From IMG/VR virus record IMGVR_UViG_3300010222_000007, positions 1-43,925 of that record: a stretch of DNA of 43,925 bases, one strand, 5' to 3'. Position numbers and translations under genes: made by a program. This document shows positions 18,266-26,074 of the stretch, one piece after another. Numbering within the stretch: position 1 is the first letter of the stretch; each line of letters starts with the position of its first letter. Below the pieces are notes generated by a model that saw nothing but the letters and a program-made list of their open reading frames with translations, was not told the origin of the DNA and did no database searches. The DNA comes from a virus (Duplodnaviria; Caudoviricetes).

Positions 18266-18546
18266 GAGGCGCTGCCTTCGGCAAGGTCTTCTTCGAGGTC
18301 GCGCATCATCTCCACATCGCTCTCTCGCGGTTGGCCCTCTGCCCGTCCGTCGTCGCCCCACTTCTCTGCTTCGCGCTCGTCGGCGCGGCGCATTCCTTCG
18401 AGATACGTGCGCATCTCGGCGTGGGTGAGCTCTTGGATGTTGCGCTCGCCAGTCACGCCGTAGCCGAGCCGGGCCGCGAAACGATACCGAAGGTCCACCT
18501 CCGCCGCTGCTCGATCTTCGAGATCCGCGCCGGTCGCGTTGGTCAC
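18262..18546 (-). CDS. tail assembly chaperone, gpT-like -1 frame extension
   Basis: in the -1 frame of the upstream chaperone, after slippery C CCA AAC. Confidence 0.65.
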   Translation of the reverse strand: MTNATGADLEDRAAAEVDLRYRFAARLGYGVTGERNIQELTHAEMRTYLEGMRRADEREAEKWGDDGRAEGQPRESDVEMMRDLEEDLAEGSAS

Positions 18547-19190
18547 GGAGGAGAAGGGTTTGGGCCGGCCGCCCCCTCGCCGTCGCCCTCGCCGACCGCA
18601 TCCATCAGCTCGGCGACGGTCGCGCTGTCGGGATCGATGTCATGCTGCTCAGCGGTCGCTTGCAGGTCCCCGGCGGTCGTTCCGCCCTCCATCTGGTTCA
18701 CGACGCGCATCATGTCGGCCATGTCGGCCTCGCCTTTCTCGATGCCGAGCATCCCCATCATGGTCTCGATGCCCTCGCGATTCTGTTTTTCTTCGAGTGC
18801 TGACTGCATTCCCTCGCCGCTCGCTTCGCGGATGAGTTGGACCATCGTCTGCGCTGAAAAGGAGAGCAGGTCCTTATCGAGATCCTCCGCTGAAACGTCA
18901 AGATCGGAGAACTGCTTCGAGAAGAGTTCGGCCATCTTCTCGTCATTTTCCCACTCGACGGGCGAGAGGTATTCGTTGTAGACGCCTGACGAGGCCGGTT
19001 TCACCCGGACCGCCTTGCCGTCAGTCCCGGGGACTTCGAGCGTCTTGGGGATGAGATCGCCGTTCTCGTCTCGTTTCGTGAAGAACACCTCCTCGGCACC
19101 GACGACTTCGAGCTCGGTGTCCTCGTTTACGGGGGCGTTCTTCGCGGTCGGGCTGCTCAGATTCGTGTTCTGGGTTGGGTCGTTGCTCAT
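18543..19190 (-). CDS. tail assembly chaperone (gpG-like)
   Basis: between tail tube and tape measure genes; slippery heptamer near the 3' end. Confidence 0.65.
   Translation of the reverse strand: MSNDPTQNTNLSSPTAKNAPVNEDTELEVVGAEEVFFTKRDENGDLIPKTLEVPGTDGKAVRVKPASSGVYNEYLSPVEWENDEKMAELFSKQFSDLDVSAEDLDKDLLSFSAQTMVQLIREASGEGMQSALEEKQNREGIETMMGMLGIEKGEADMADMMRVVNQMEGGTTAGDLQATAEQHDIDPDSATVAELMDAVGEGDGEGAAGPNPSPP
18558..18564 (-). promoter_or_regulatory. -1 frameshift slippery site C CCA AAC
   Basis: in phase (GGC CCA AAC); a -1 shift reads PKPFSSVTNATG... into ORF 18262..18546. Confidence 0.7.
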
Positions 19191-19194
19191 GATG

Positions 19195-20112
19195 TCACTC
19201 CTCAATGCCGAGATACTCGCGCAGCGCTCGGCGAATCACGTCTTCGTTGCTCACGCCGTCCGCTTCGGCGCGGGATTCGAGTTCCGAACCGATCGAGCCG
19301 GGCAGGGTCAGCTGGACGCCGATCGTCGGGCCGTCCGAGGCGTCCTTCGAGCGCTCGACGCGCTCAGTCGCTTCTTCGACATCCGCACCGCGGTCCACCG
19401 CGTCGGCGATCTCGCGAACGTCGCGCTGGTTGAGGTCGCCCTTCTCAACACGATGGGCCATCTCTTCGCGCGTTTTCTTCGGGTCGTCGGACTCCTCGGT
19501 GGCTTTACGTACAGGGCGGAGCGACGAGCCGCCGACCGACGCCGATGCCTCGGCTGCGCCGTCCGCCGCCGTCGAATATGTATCAGTTTCTTGTGCGGTG
19601 TCACTCCGCTCACTGTCCTGATGTTTTCGGCGTTTGAACGCCGGCTCGAAGTCCGTGCCCTCCCATTCCTCGCGGGTGCCTTCGAGCCAGTTGCGCACCG
19701 AGGACTCGTCCACGCCAAGCCGACGGGCCACTTCGCGTTGGCTCTCGTCGCGGAGCTCCATCAGCTGCGTGACGGCAGCAGCGCGTTCGTTGTCCGTGAC
19801 GTCCTCCCGGAACGCGTCGATGTTCTCAGTGATCGAGGCTTCGAGCGCCTCGGCGTCACTCCATGGGACCTCCACGATGGGGATCGCCTCGACGCCCGCC
19901 TGCCGGGCGGCGAGCACGCGGCGCTGGCCGACCACGACTTCGAGCGTGCTGCCGTCTTCGCTGCCGCGATCACCGTCGCGGACGATGGGCGGCTGGACGA
20001 GCCCGACGCCGTCTTCGAGGGACTTCACCAGATCCGACGTCTTCGGGGGGCGGGTCCGCTCGTTCAGGTCGCTGATCACGAGCGCATCAGGGGGGACTTC
20101 GCGAAGGTCCAT
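19195..20112 (-). CDS. ParB/Srx-family protein with HTH and C-terminal RHH-like domain
   Basis: GLVQPPIVR...VVVGQRRVLAA...ASITEN..REDV; SQREVARRLGVDESSVRNW HTH. Confidence 0.85.
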   Translation of the reverse strand: MDLREVPPDALVISDLNERTRPPKTSDLVKSLEDGVGLVQPPIVRDGDRGSEDGSTLEVVVGQRRVLAARQAGVEAIPIVEVPWSDAEALEASITENIDAFREDVTDNERAAAVTQLMELRDESQREVARRLGVDESSVRNWLEGTREEWEGTDFEPAFKRRKHQDSERSDTAQETDTYSTAADGAAEASASVGGSSLRPVRKATEESDDPKKTREEMAHRVEKGDLNQRDVREIADAVDRGADVEEATERVERSKDASDGPTIGVQLTLPGSIGSELESRAEADGVSNEDVIRRALREYLGIEE

Positions 20113-20256
20113 TCAGCCACCCGCCCCGAGGAGGACCCGCCACGCCTCTCCGGTCTCTCGCGGCTCGGATCGGTAGGTCGCCCCGCCGCAGTCGTGGCAT
20201 TTCTTTACCGTGTTTCCGAGCGGCGTGCCGCACGACGAGCACTTCTCGCGGGTCAT
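20113..20256 (-). CDS. 47-aa zinc-ribbon micro-protein
   Basis: CSSCG...CHDCG; ATGA overlap. Confidence 0.65.
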   Translation of the reverse strand: MTREKCSSCGTPLGNTVKKCHDCGGATYRSEPRETGEAWRVLLGAGG

Positions 20257-20465
20257 ATCAGTGACGAAGCATCGGCGTGGTGTTCCTCGACGTCCCACTC
20301 GTAGGGGCGATCGAGGTCGCCGTTCGCGATCGCGGCGTTGACCCACACCATCGCACCGGCCGCGATCTCGGCGCTTCGGTGGGTGTTGCGACGCTCTTCT
20401 AACTCCTCTAAATCCTCGATGAGTTGGGGGTCCATCGAAACGGTAATATCGGGCTTCGGGGGCAC
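20253..20465 (-). CDS. ribbon-helix-helix regulator
   Basis: ITVSMDPQLIEDL...HRSAEI; TATA TTTTATTA ~25 nt upstream of the start. Confidence 0.65.
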   Translation of the reverse strand: MPPKPDITVSMDPQLIEDLEELEERRNTHRSAEIAAGAMVWVNAAIANGDLDRPYEWDVEEHHADASSLI

Positions 20466-20558
20466 ACCCGCGCGTAGGTAAGGCCGTGTAATAAAAGTGC
20501 GATACGCGCGCGTGTTTCAGGTAGCAGTTCTGGTAGCAAAAAGATGCTACCGAGAGAG

Positions 20559-21839
20559 TCAGACGAGCTCGAGACCGCGTCCCTGAAATGAACAGTCGGT
20601 GTAGAGCGAGGTTTGTTCTTGTTCGATCGATAGCTCTCCCGGCTCAGTCACGACAGCGGCGGGGAGCCGGAGCGTATCGGAGGTAATCTCCCACTCGACG
20701 TCCGCCCCCCGGGTCGTGAGGTGGTCCATGATCGCGTCGGCGGTTGCCCGGGGGCCAGCGATGCTGGCTTCGAGCGTCACGTCGAGCACGCCGCGGTCGA
20801 TCGCCATCGCCGTGGACTGCTGCTGTTCGTCCGAATCGGTGTTGTGATCGGCCGACAGGGTGGCGCTGTTGATCCGGGGGCCGATCCCCGCGCCGGCCAC
20901 GCGCTCGATCCGGTCGCCACGGAAGTGCTGCCAGGTGCGGGAACCCTCCGGTTGGACCTGCCCCTCGTGGCTGCCACCACCGAGTGGCGGGGGGCCGAGA
21001 TCGCCGTCGAGATTCGTGTTCCCCGGCGGGCTGTTCGTATCCTTACCGGGAATCTCGACGAGTTTGGTGCCTTCAGTCGGTGCGGCCGCGTCGCCGTCGT
21101 TCACGAACACCAAGACGTCGCCCACCGCGTCCGTATCGAGACTCACCGCGTCGATGTCGGCGTAGGGGCCGGGCACGTCGACGAGCGTGGTTCCCTCGAG
21201 CGTCACGGTATCGGTTGTGGCCGCTCCCTCGTTCTCAACGGTCACCGCCTGCGTGGTGTCGGCGTCGTCGGTGGAGCGCACGGCGAGATTCGTCTCGCTC
21301 GCCGGCTGGTTGATGACGTACTGGCGGACGCGTTCGGCCTCGTATGTGATTTCGGGCGGCAGGGGCATCGATTCGGAGGCGTCGGCCTCGATCTCGGCCT
21401 CGCTCGGGTGCGCTCCCGTGGCGACCGTATAGGTCCGAAAGCCTGCGCCGTCGGTGCCGCCGGAGTTGTGGACTTCCCGGCCGACGACGGTGTGGGTGGC
21501 GTTGAAGTCCCCGTTCTCGTCGCGGAACAGGAAATCATACAGTGCGTCGTTCGGATTCCCCGCGCCGTCGGTGAGTTCTTTCTGCCAGTGATACTGATGG
21601 GAGAACTCGTGTTCCTCGGGGCCGCCGAAGAAGGCCTGCGGGTCCACATGAGAGATCCCGCGCTGGGGCTCGATCGAGGAATCCGGCTGCCAGTTCCAGG
21701 CGTTGATCATCACGTCCGCGTAGAGCTGCCAGTCGGGGTCCGTGGGCGTGACGCCGATCTGATTCTCGCGAACGAACTCGATACGGTGACCGAGGAGACC
21801 GCCCTCGGTAGGTCGCTTCGCTGCTTGGTCTACTGGCAT
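20559..21839 (-). CDS. major tail (tube) protein
   Basis: 426 aa, acidic, beta-rich; RIEFVRE...GVTPTDPDW N-terminus; canonical position before chaperones and tape measure. Confidence 0.7.
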   Translation of the reverse strand: MPVDQAAKRPTEGGLLGHRIEFVRENQIGVTPTDPDWQLYADVMINAWNWQPDSSIEPQRGISHVDPQAFFGGPEEHEFSHQYHWQKELTDGAGNPNDALYDFLFRDENGDFNATHTVVGREVHNSGGTDGAGFRTYTVATGAHPSEAEIEADASESMPLPPEITYEAERVRQYVINQPASETNLAVRSTDDADTTQAVTVENEGAATTDTVTLEGTTLVDVPGPYADIDAVSLDTDAVGDVLVFVNDGDAAAPTEGTKLVEIPGKDTNSPPGNTNLDGDLGPPPLGGGSHEGQVQPEGSRTWQHFRGDRIERVAGAGIGPRINSATLSADHNTDSDEQQQSTAMAIDRGVLDVTLEASIAGPRATADAIMDHLTTRGADVEWEITSDTLRLPAAVVTEPGELSIEQEQTSLYTDCSFQGRGLELV

Positions 21840-21842
21840 GGA

Positions 21843-22364
21843 TTAGGATTCCTCGGTGTTGATGTCGCTCTCGCTCTCGGTTTCGTCTTCGACGGCTGCG
21901 AACGCCTCCGCGACGTGCTCCTCGTCGGCAGCGTGAAGCCCGACGCGCATATCGGCGGTCGCCCCGCTGCCGTTCACACCCTCGATGCGCGCGGCGACCT
22001 TGCGCAGTTTCGTGTACCCAGCGCTGTCGATCATGCGCTCGATGTCGGTGAGCTGCTCGGGGTCGCGCTCGACGAGCGGGGCGTCTTCCTCGGGATCGTC
22101 AGCGTCCGCACGCGACGCCTCAGTCGGCTCGGTGTCCGACGAGTCCTCCGCGTCGACCACGGCGCCGAGCGGCTGCACGCTGCCGTAGCGCTCGCAGAGT
22201 GGCTCGCCGACTTCCTTGCGACACTCCGCTACCGGATGGTCGGTGTCGTGGCCGTGTTCGTCGGCCGGCGCGAACTCGATGCCGGGCGGCTCGTAGACCC
22301 CCTCCATCAGGTCGCGGCGATAGAGCGTTCGGCGTCCGGTTCCCGCCGTTGAGACGATATACAT
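21843..22364 (-). CDS. hypothetical protein, tail region
   Basis: acidic ORF in the operon. Confidence 0.6.
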   Translation of the reverse strand: MYIVSTAGTGRRTLYRRDLMEGVYEPPGIEFAPADEHGHDTDHPVAECRKEVGEPLCERYGSVQPLGAVVDAEDSSDTEPTEASRADADDPEEDAPLVERDPEQLTDIERMIDSAGYTKLRKVAARIEGVNGSGATADMRVGLHAADEEHVAEAFAAVEDETESESDINTEES

Positions 22365-22433
22365 CCTCTACCGGCGAATCCGCCGAGAAAGGGCTAAACG
22401 GTAGTCGCAGCGGGCGGGCGCGTGAGTGTGGAC

Positions 22434-22973
22434 TCAGCGAGGGAGGCGCTCCCACGCATACCGGATTCGCAGCGTCGAGTAGCGGACCACTGGCGTTACG
22501 TCGCGATCGACGTCCTCACGATCCCAGCTTGAGGAGAGATTCGTCCACGGTTTGGGTAGCTCGACGTTGGGATAGTCGTCGCTCATGGCCTGTCCCACGA
22601 CGTCCTCCACTTCGTTTTGGATCGCGTTCACGATCGCGTCGGCGGTCATGCCCTCCGTGCCGTATTCGGTGTCGGCCTCGGCGAAGATCGTCACGCTCCC
22701 CTGGCCGATCCGGGTCTGTGTGGGTCCTGCACCGGAGGGGTCGATTCCCGTGTAGCCCGTGTCGCCGCCACCGTCGGTGTCCTCCCTAAAACCCGTGAGG
22801 GCACAATGCGGATCAAAGTCCGTCGTATCGTACCATCCGCGGTTCATTGAGAGGCCGCCGTCGCGATGCGGTGCGACATCCGGATCGAGGCCGGAAGTTT
22901 CGGTCTCGTCCCAGTAGCTGACGAGGAGATCGCGGAGCATGAGCGCGGGGTGGCGTGGAAGACTATCCGGCAT
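22434..22973 (-). CDS. putative tail terminator/completion protein
   Basis: start refined to ATG 22973; gene order. Confidence 0.5.
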   Translation of the reverse strand: MPDSLPRHPALMLRDLLVSYWDETETSGLDPDVAPHRDGGLSMNRGWYDTTDFDPHCALTGFREDTDGGGDTGYTGIDPSGAGPTQTRIGQGSVTIFAEADTEYGTEGMTADAIVNAIQNEVEDVVGQAMSDDYPNVELPKPWTNLSSSWDREDVDRDVTPVVRYSTLRIRYAWERLPR

Positions 22974-23169
22974 TGGCGAACGCCCCCAACCCCGGCTGTT
23001 TGTGCTTCCCGTCGAATCCGCCGTCGAAGAACTCCCGGACTTCGTCGTAACTCTGTGGCCGTCGGCCCACTTTTTTACGGAACTCGTTTTTGTGCTTGCG
23101 GGCGTGGGCCGGGCCGGAGAGTGGGTTCGCCGAAAGGGACTGCCCACAGATTGAACACGTCTTGCTCAT
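22963..23169 (-). CDS. C2H2 zinc-finger micro-protein
   Basis: CSICG...HARKH. Confidence 0.65.
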   Translation of the reverse strand: MSKTCSICGQSLSANPLSGPAHARKHKNEFRKKVGRRPQSYDEVREFFDGGFDGKHKQPGLGAFANAG

Positions 23170-23567
23170 CCGTCTCTCTCGAGTAGTCGGTTGATCCGGT
23201 CACGCACCCCGCCATCCTCCGTGCCCTCATCGAGTTCGTCGGGATCGACACCGAGCCACCCCCCCGTGACGAACTCCTCATCGGACATCCCTTCGCCGCT
23301 TTCGTTGCCGGGGTCATCGAAGAAAGCGAACGGGTTCTCGACGTCGACACCAGCCAGTTCGTTGAGGCGCTTCATTTCCTCGTTGAACTCATCCATCGGG
23401 TTCTCGAACTCCGCGGCAGCGTCTTCGCCCCCTTCCCAGGGCGACGGCCAGAAGTCGATGTTCACCGGCCCGTGTTCGGGACACTCAACAGGGAACTCGC
23501 CAGTGAGCGCCGACCCGCACGCCGGGCAGTAATCGAGATCGGTCTCGTCGCGCATGTCGCCCATCAT
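23166..23567 (-). CDS. acidic protein with N-terminal CPxCG zinc ribbon
   Basis: CPACG...CPEHG; ATGA overlaps. Confidence 0.65.
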   Translation of the reverse strand: MMGDMRDETDLDYCPACGSALTGEFPVECPEHGPVNIDFWPSPWEGGEDAAAEFENPMDEFNEEMKRLNELAGVDVENPFAFFDDPGNESGEGMSDEEFVTGGWLGVDPDELDEGTEDGGVRDRINRLLERDG

Positions 23568-23779
23568 GGTTCGTCCTCCAAGTCGTCAGCACCGGGACCG
23601 CTCTCGATCGCTGCGTCCCCTGCCGCGAACAGCACGAACCCCAGCACGGCGAGCGCGACAAGCGCCGCGACCGGCGGGCCTGCGAGCCAGTCGGCAGCGA
23701 GATAGGCCCCACCGGCCACCGCGGCCGTGAGTGCCGTCAGGCCGGCGGCGCGAACGAGCACGGCGTTGGTGCGGGTCAT
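23564..23779 (-). CDS. small two-TM membrane protein
   Basis: two hydrophobic segments and an acidic tail. Confidence 0.6.
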   Translation of the reverse strand: MTRTNAVLVRAAGLTALTAAVAGGAYLAADWLAGPPVAALVALAVLGFVLFAAGDAAIESGPGADDLEDEP

Positions 23780-24165
23780 CTTTCCACCGCGCTCGCTCTG
23801 ATCAGGCCGTTGTCCTCCGCGAAGAACTCGGTGACGGTGAACTGCCGGCCATCAGTGGTGTCCTCGATCACCGTCGCACGGTCCTCCGAGCCGGCGGCTA
23901 CGAGATTGGCGTTTTCGTCCTCGCGGATGTAGCACTCAACGTCGACCTCGGTGTCGCCGCCCTCCGGTCCCGTCACAGTCCGGGGCATGTTCGGCTGGCG
24001 GAGCTCGGCCTGGACGAGCGTGCCGTCGCCGAGTTCGTAATCGTAGTCGCCGGTCGACTCGTCGTATTGGCGCTGCCAGTTTTTGACCAAGACCTCGCGA
24101 AAGTCCATGTCGTCGTCGAGGCGCGACGCGGCCGCGTCGAATCGGTCCCACTTCGTGTCGGGCAT
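23776..24165 (-). CDS. putative head closure (stopper) protein
   Basis: gene order after adaptor and gp10-like genes; beta-rich, ~130 aa. Confidence 0.5.
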   Translation of the reverse strand: MPDTKWDRFDAAASRLDDDMDFREVLVKNWQRQYDESTGDYDYELGDGTLVQAELRQPNMPRTVTGPEGGDTEVDVECYIREDENANLVAAGSEDRATVIEDTTDGRQFTVTEFFAEDNGLIRASAVER

Positions 24166-24210
24166 GGTAGCATCCACGCGCCTATCTCACATACCACTTT
24201 CGTCGGGCCA

Positions 24211-24224
24211 CAAGATATTACCCT
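24211..24224 (+). promoter_or_regulatory. BRE/TATA-like promoter for the ncRNA operon
   Basis: CAAGATATTACCCT lies ~27 nt before the first paired G at 24247. Confidence 0.5.
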
Positions 24225-24246
24225 AACGGATGCATAGGGGTGGATA

Positions 24247-24356
24247 GGACGGCGCTATCGGCCCGTAACTCGTACCCATGTGATAGCCCAATTGGGCCGG
24301 AAAACCAACCCCGGATAAGCCTCAGTCGGTGAATGGTGCGGGCACGGCGACCGTCC
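24247..24356 (+). ncRNA. unknown structured RNA (110 nt, ends paired)
   Basis: GGACGG/CCGTCC closing stem, GCCCGTA/TGCGGGC, GCCCAATTGGGC palindrome, CCGG/CCGG hairpin. Confidence 0.5.
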
Positions 24357-24359
24357 CGC

Positions 24360-24435
24360 GGAAGTGGTCGCGCAGGTGCGACACGGGCTTGGCTTCACGC
24401 CATCCCGACCGGAGATTCGAAGCCTCCCGCTTCCA
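24360..24435 (+). ncRNA. tRNA-like RNA A (76 nt, non-canonical cloverleaf)
   Basis: acceptor GGAAGTG/CGCTTCC+A; GTCGC/GCGAC D-like arm; bulged extended anticodon arm CGGG..TGGC-TTCAC-GCCA..CCCG; T arm GGAGA-TTCGAAG-CCTCC. Confidence 0.6.
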
Positions 24436-24437
24436 TC

Positions 24438-24543
24438 GGACCGATAGCTCAGTGGTAGAGCGGCCGGGCACCAATCGGAGGTCATCCTCCGAGCACAACC
24501 GGCGGCGCATCGCAACGCCTGGGTTCGAGTCCCAGTCGGTCCA
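24438..24543 (+). tRNA. tRNA-like RNA B (106 nt) with elongated anticodon arm; no assignable isotype
   Basis: acceptor GGACCGA/TCGGTCC+A; TAGCTCAGTGGTAGAGC D arm; GCCGG/CCGGC stem enclosing 31 nt; CTGGG-TTCGAGT-CCCAG T arm. Confidence 0.8.
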
Positions 24544-24909
24544 CTACGACACCTTCTCGGCTCTTATAGAATTTTTCAGATTTGATGTCACTTCGTCAGG
24601 GCCAGGCGGCACACCGTCGCTGGCAAAGTGCTTCGCTTCGGCCTCGATCGCAAAGGCGATCCCTGACACCACTTCATCTACGGAGTCAGCGTCGGCGGCG
24701 ATCTTGTCCGCTTGTTCCGTCATGACTTTCTCCACCGCCGGTTGCATGAACGGAAACGGCTTCATTTTCGAGGTGCCCGTTTCGAGGTATATCGCGTACT
24801 CGACGGTGGTGCCCACCTTCCACTCCGTCTGTGTGAGCGAATCGCTGATGTCGTCCAAATCATCCACCAAATCGGCGACCCCGACAGCTTCCATGCCCCA
24901 CCCCATCAC
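24544..24909 (-). CDS. HK97 gp10-like neck/tail-completion protein
   Basis: VGTTVEYAIYLETGTSKMKPFPFMQPA signature. Confidence 0.85.
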   Translation of the reverse strand: MMGWGMEAVGVADLVDDLDDISDSLTQTEWKVGTTVEYAIYLETGTSKMKPFPFMQPAVEKVMTEQADKIAADADSVDEVVSGIAFAIEAEAKHFASDGVPPGPDEVTSNLKNSIRAEKVS

Positions 24910-25343
24910 CGGGCTCCGCTGTCGCGGACGCCGCGGTCGCCGATGCCGTCCTTTGAGTGTGGTCTGGCGCTCGATACGTGCGAGCCGGTCCGGCGGGTGA
25001 CGCCGGCCTGACTGATGAGCTCGCCGGAGGGGTCGAGATCGCGGACCTTCCGGCGGAGTTCGTCGAGCGCGCTCCCGTCATAGGTCATGCTCACCGACTT
25101 TCGTTTGCCTTTTTCGAGATCGCGGTCGCGAGTTGCCCGGATTTTGTACGCGGCGAGGTGTTTTTCGATCTGCTCGATAAGCGGATCCTCCATCGCCGCC
25201 AGGTCGTTCGCGCGCTTGTTGTCGAACCAGGCATCTTCGAGGGCCGATATGATCTCGGAGTCCTCCAAGTCCGTCGCGATCACGCCGCGAACATCGCTCA
25301 CGGAGGCCGTCGAGTGTTCGGAGGTGATTTCCGACGAACTCAT
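24906..25343 (-). CDS. head-tail adaptor protein
   Basis: ASVSDVRGVIATDLEDSEI...IEKHLAA; gene order; start refined to ATG 25343. Confidence 0.6.
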   Translation of the reverse strand: MSSSEITSEHSTASVSDVRGVIATDLEDSEIISALEDAWFDNKRANDLAAMEDPLIEQIEKHLAAYKIRATRDRDLEKGKRKSVSMTYDGSALDELRRKVRDLDPSGELISQAGVTRRTGSHVSSARPHSKDGIGDRGVRDSGAR

Positions 25344-25747
25344 GAGCGGCCATCCTCCGCGGCCATCGCTGCTTTGTCCGCACGCGTCGCGAACTCGGCG
25401 TGGAGCACCCACACGACTGCGAGCACCAAGCCGAGACAGAGCCCCCCGAGTGCTCGTGTGGGGGTCGTCAATCTGACGTCGAGCGCGAACAGCGACGGCG
25501 CGCTCACGAATCCCAGCCCCGCTGCGTAGAGCAGATACCCGAGCACGGCGATCGTGTCTTGGGGCTGGCGGTGGGTGCGCACGACCCACGAGAGATAGAA
25601 GGCCGTGATGAGTGACAGCAACGCGATATGCCCCCCGACGTCCACGATTGAGAGCACCCCCGACACGTAGCTCGCGACGACGAGGAGCGTGCCCCCGACC
25701 TGCCAAGTCAGGGGGAGCCACCGGACGGAGCGACTGTCAAGCCCCAC
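25340..25747 (-). CDS. four-TM membrane protein
   Basis: four hydrophobic segments; start uncertain (GTG 25747 chosen). Confidence 0.55.
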   Translation of the reverse strand: MGLDSRSVRWLPLTWQVGGTLLVVASYVSGVLSIVDVGGHIALLSLITAFYLSWVVRTHRQPQDTIAVLGYLLYAAGLGFVSAPSLFALDVRLTTPTRALGGLCLGLVLAVVWVLHAEFATRADKAAMAAEDGRS

Positions 25748-25964
25748 CGAAGGCTTGCCGTCCGAGGACGAGGATGCTTCCGAAGAGGAGGAGGAGGCGC
25801 GCAGTCGAGTCATCGAATTCCACCAGCCCCACCGACGAGAGTGCAACCAACGCTACCCCCGAGAGCACGACCACCGCCCCGAGGAACTGGCTGCGCTCGC
25901 GGGGCACCGGCAGTTCCTCGGTGGTGTCCTGTCGGTCCGACGGCGGGTCCGCGTCGGGGCTCAT
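25737..25964 (-). CDS. two-TM membrane protein (holin-like)
   Basis: two hydrophobic helices, 75 aa. Confidence 0.55.
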   Translation of the reverse strand: MSPDADPPSDRQDTTEELPVPRERSQFLGAVVVLSGVALVALSSVGLVEFDDSTARLLLLFGSILVLGRQAFGGA

Positions 25965-26074
25965 CCATACGCGCTCCGTGCGGTGTGGTGCTCATCCATC
26001 AATCGTCTCGGTGGTGGTCGTGTGGGTCATGGGCTGTGCGAAAATCGTGAGTTGAGGGGACCGGGCCGGTGGGG

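Noticed and set aside
24261-24343. Twister ribozyme call
   Set aside because: Superficial resemblance only; the P2 complement and conserved loop/pseudoknot residues do not fit.
24360-24435. Selenocysteine tRNA
   Set aside because: UCA triplet present, but no long variable arm or extended acceptor stem, and no sel genes.
24438-24543. Ordinary intron-containing tRNA, or an attP-derived tRNA fragment
   Set aside because: No bulge-helix-bulge, the spliced loop would be non-canonical, the element is full length, and no integrase is present.
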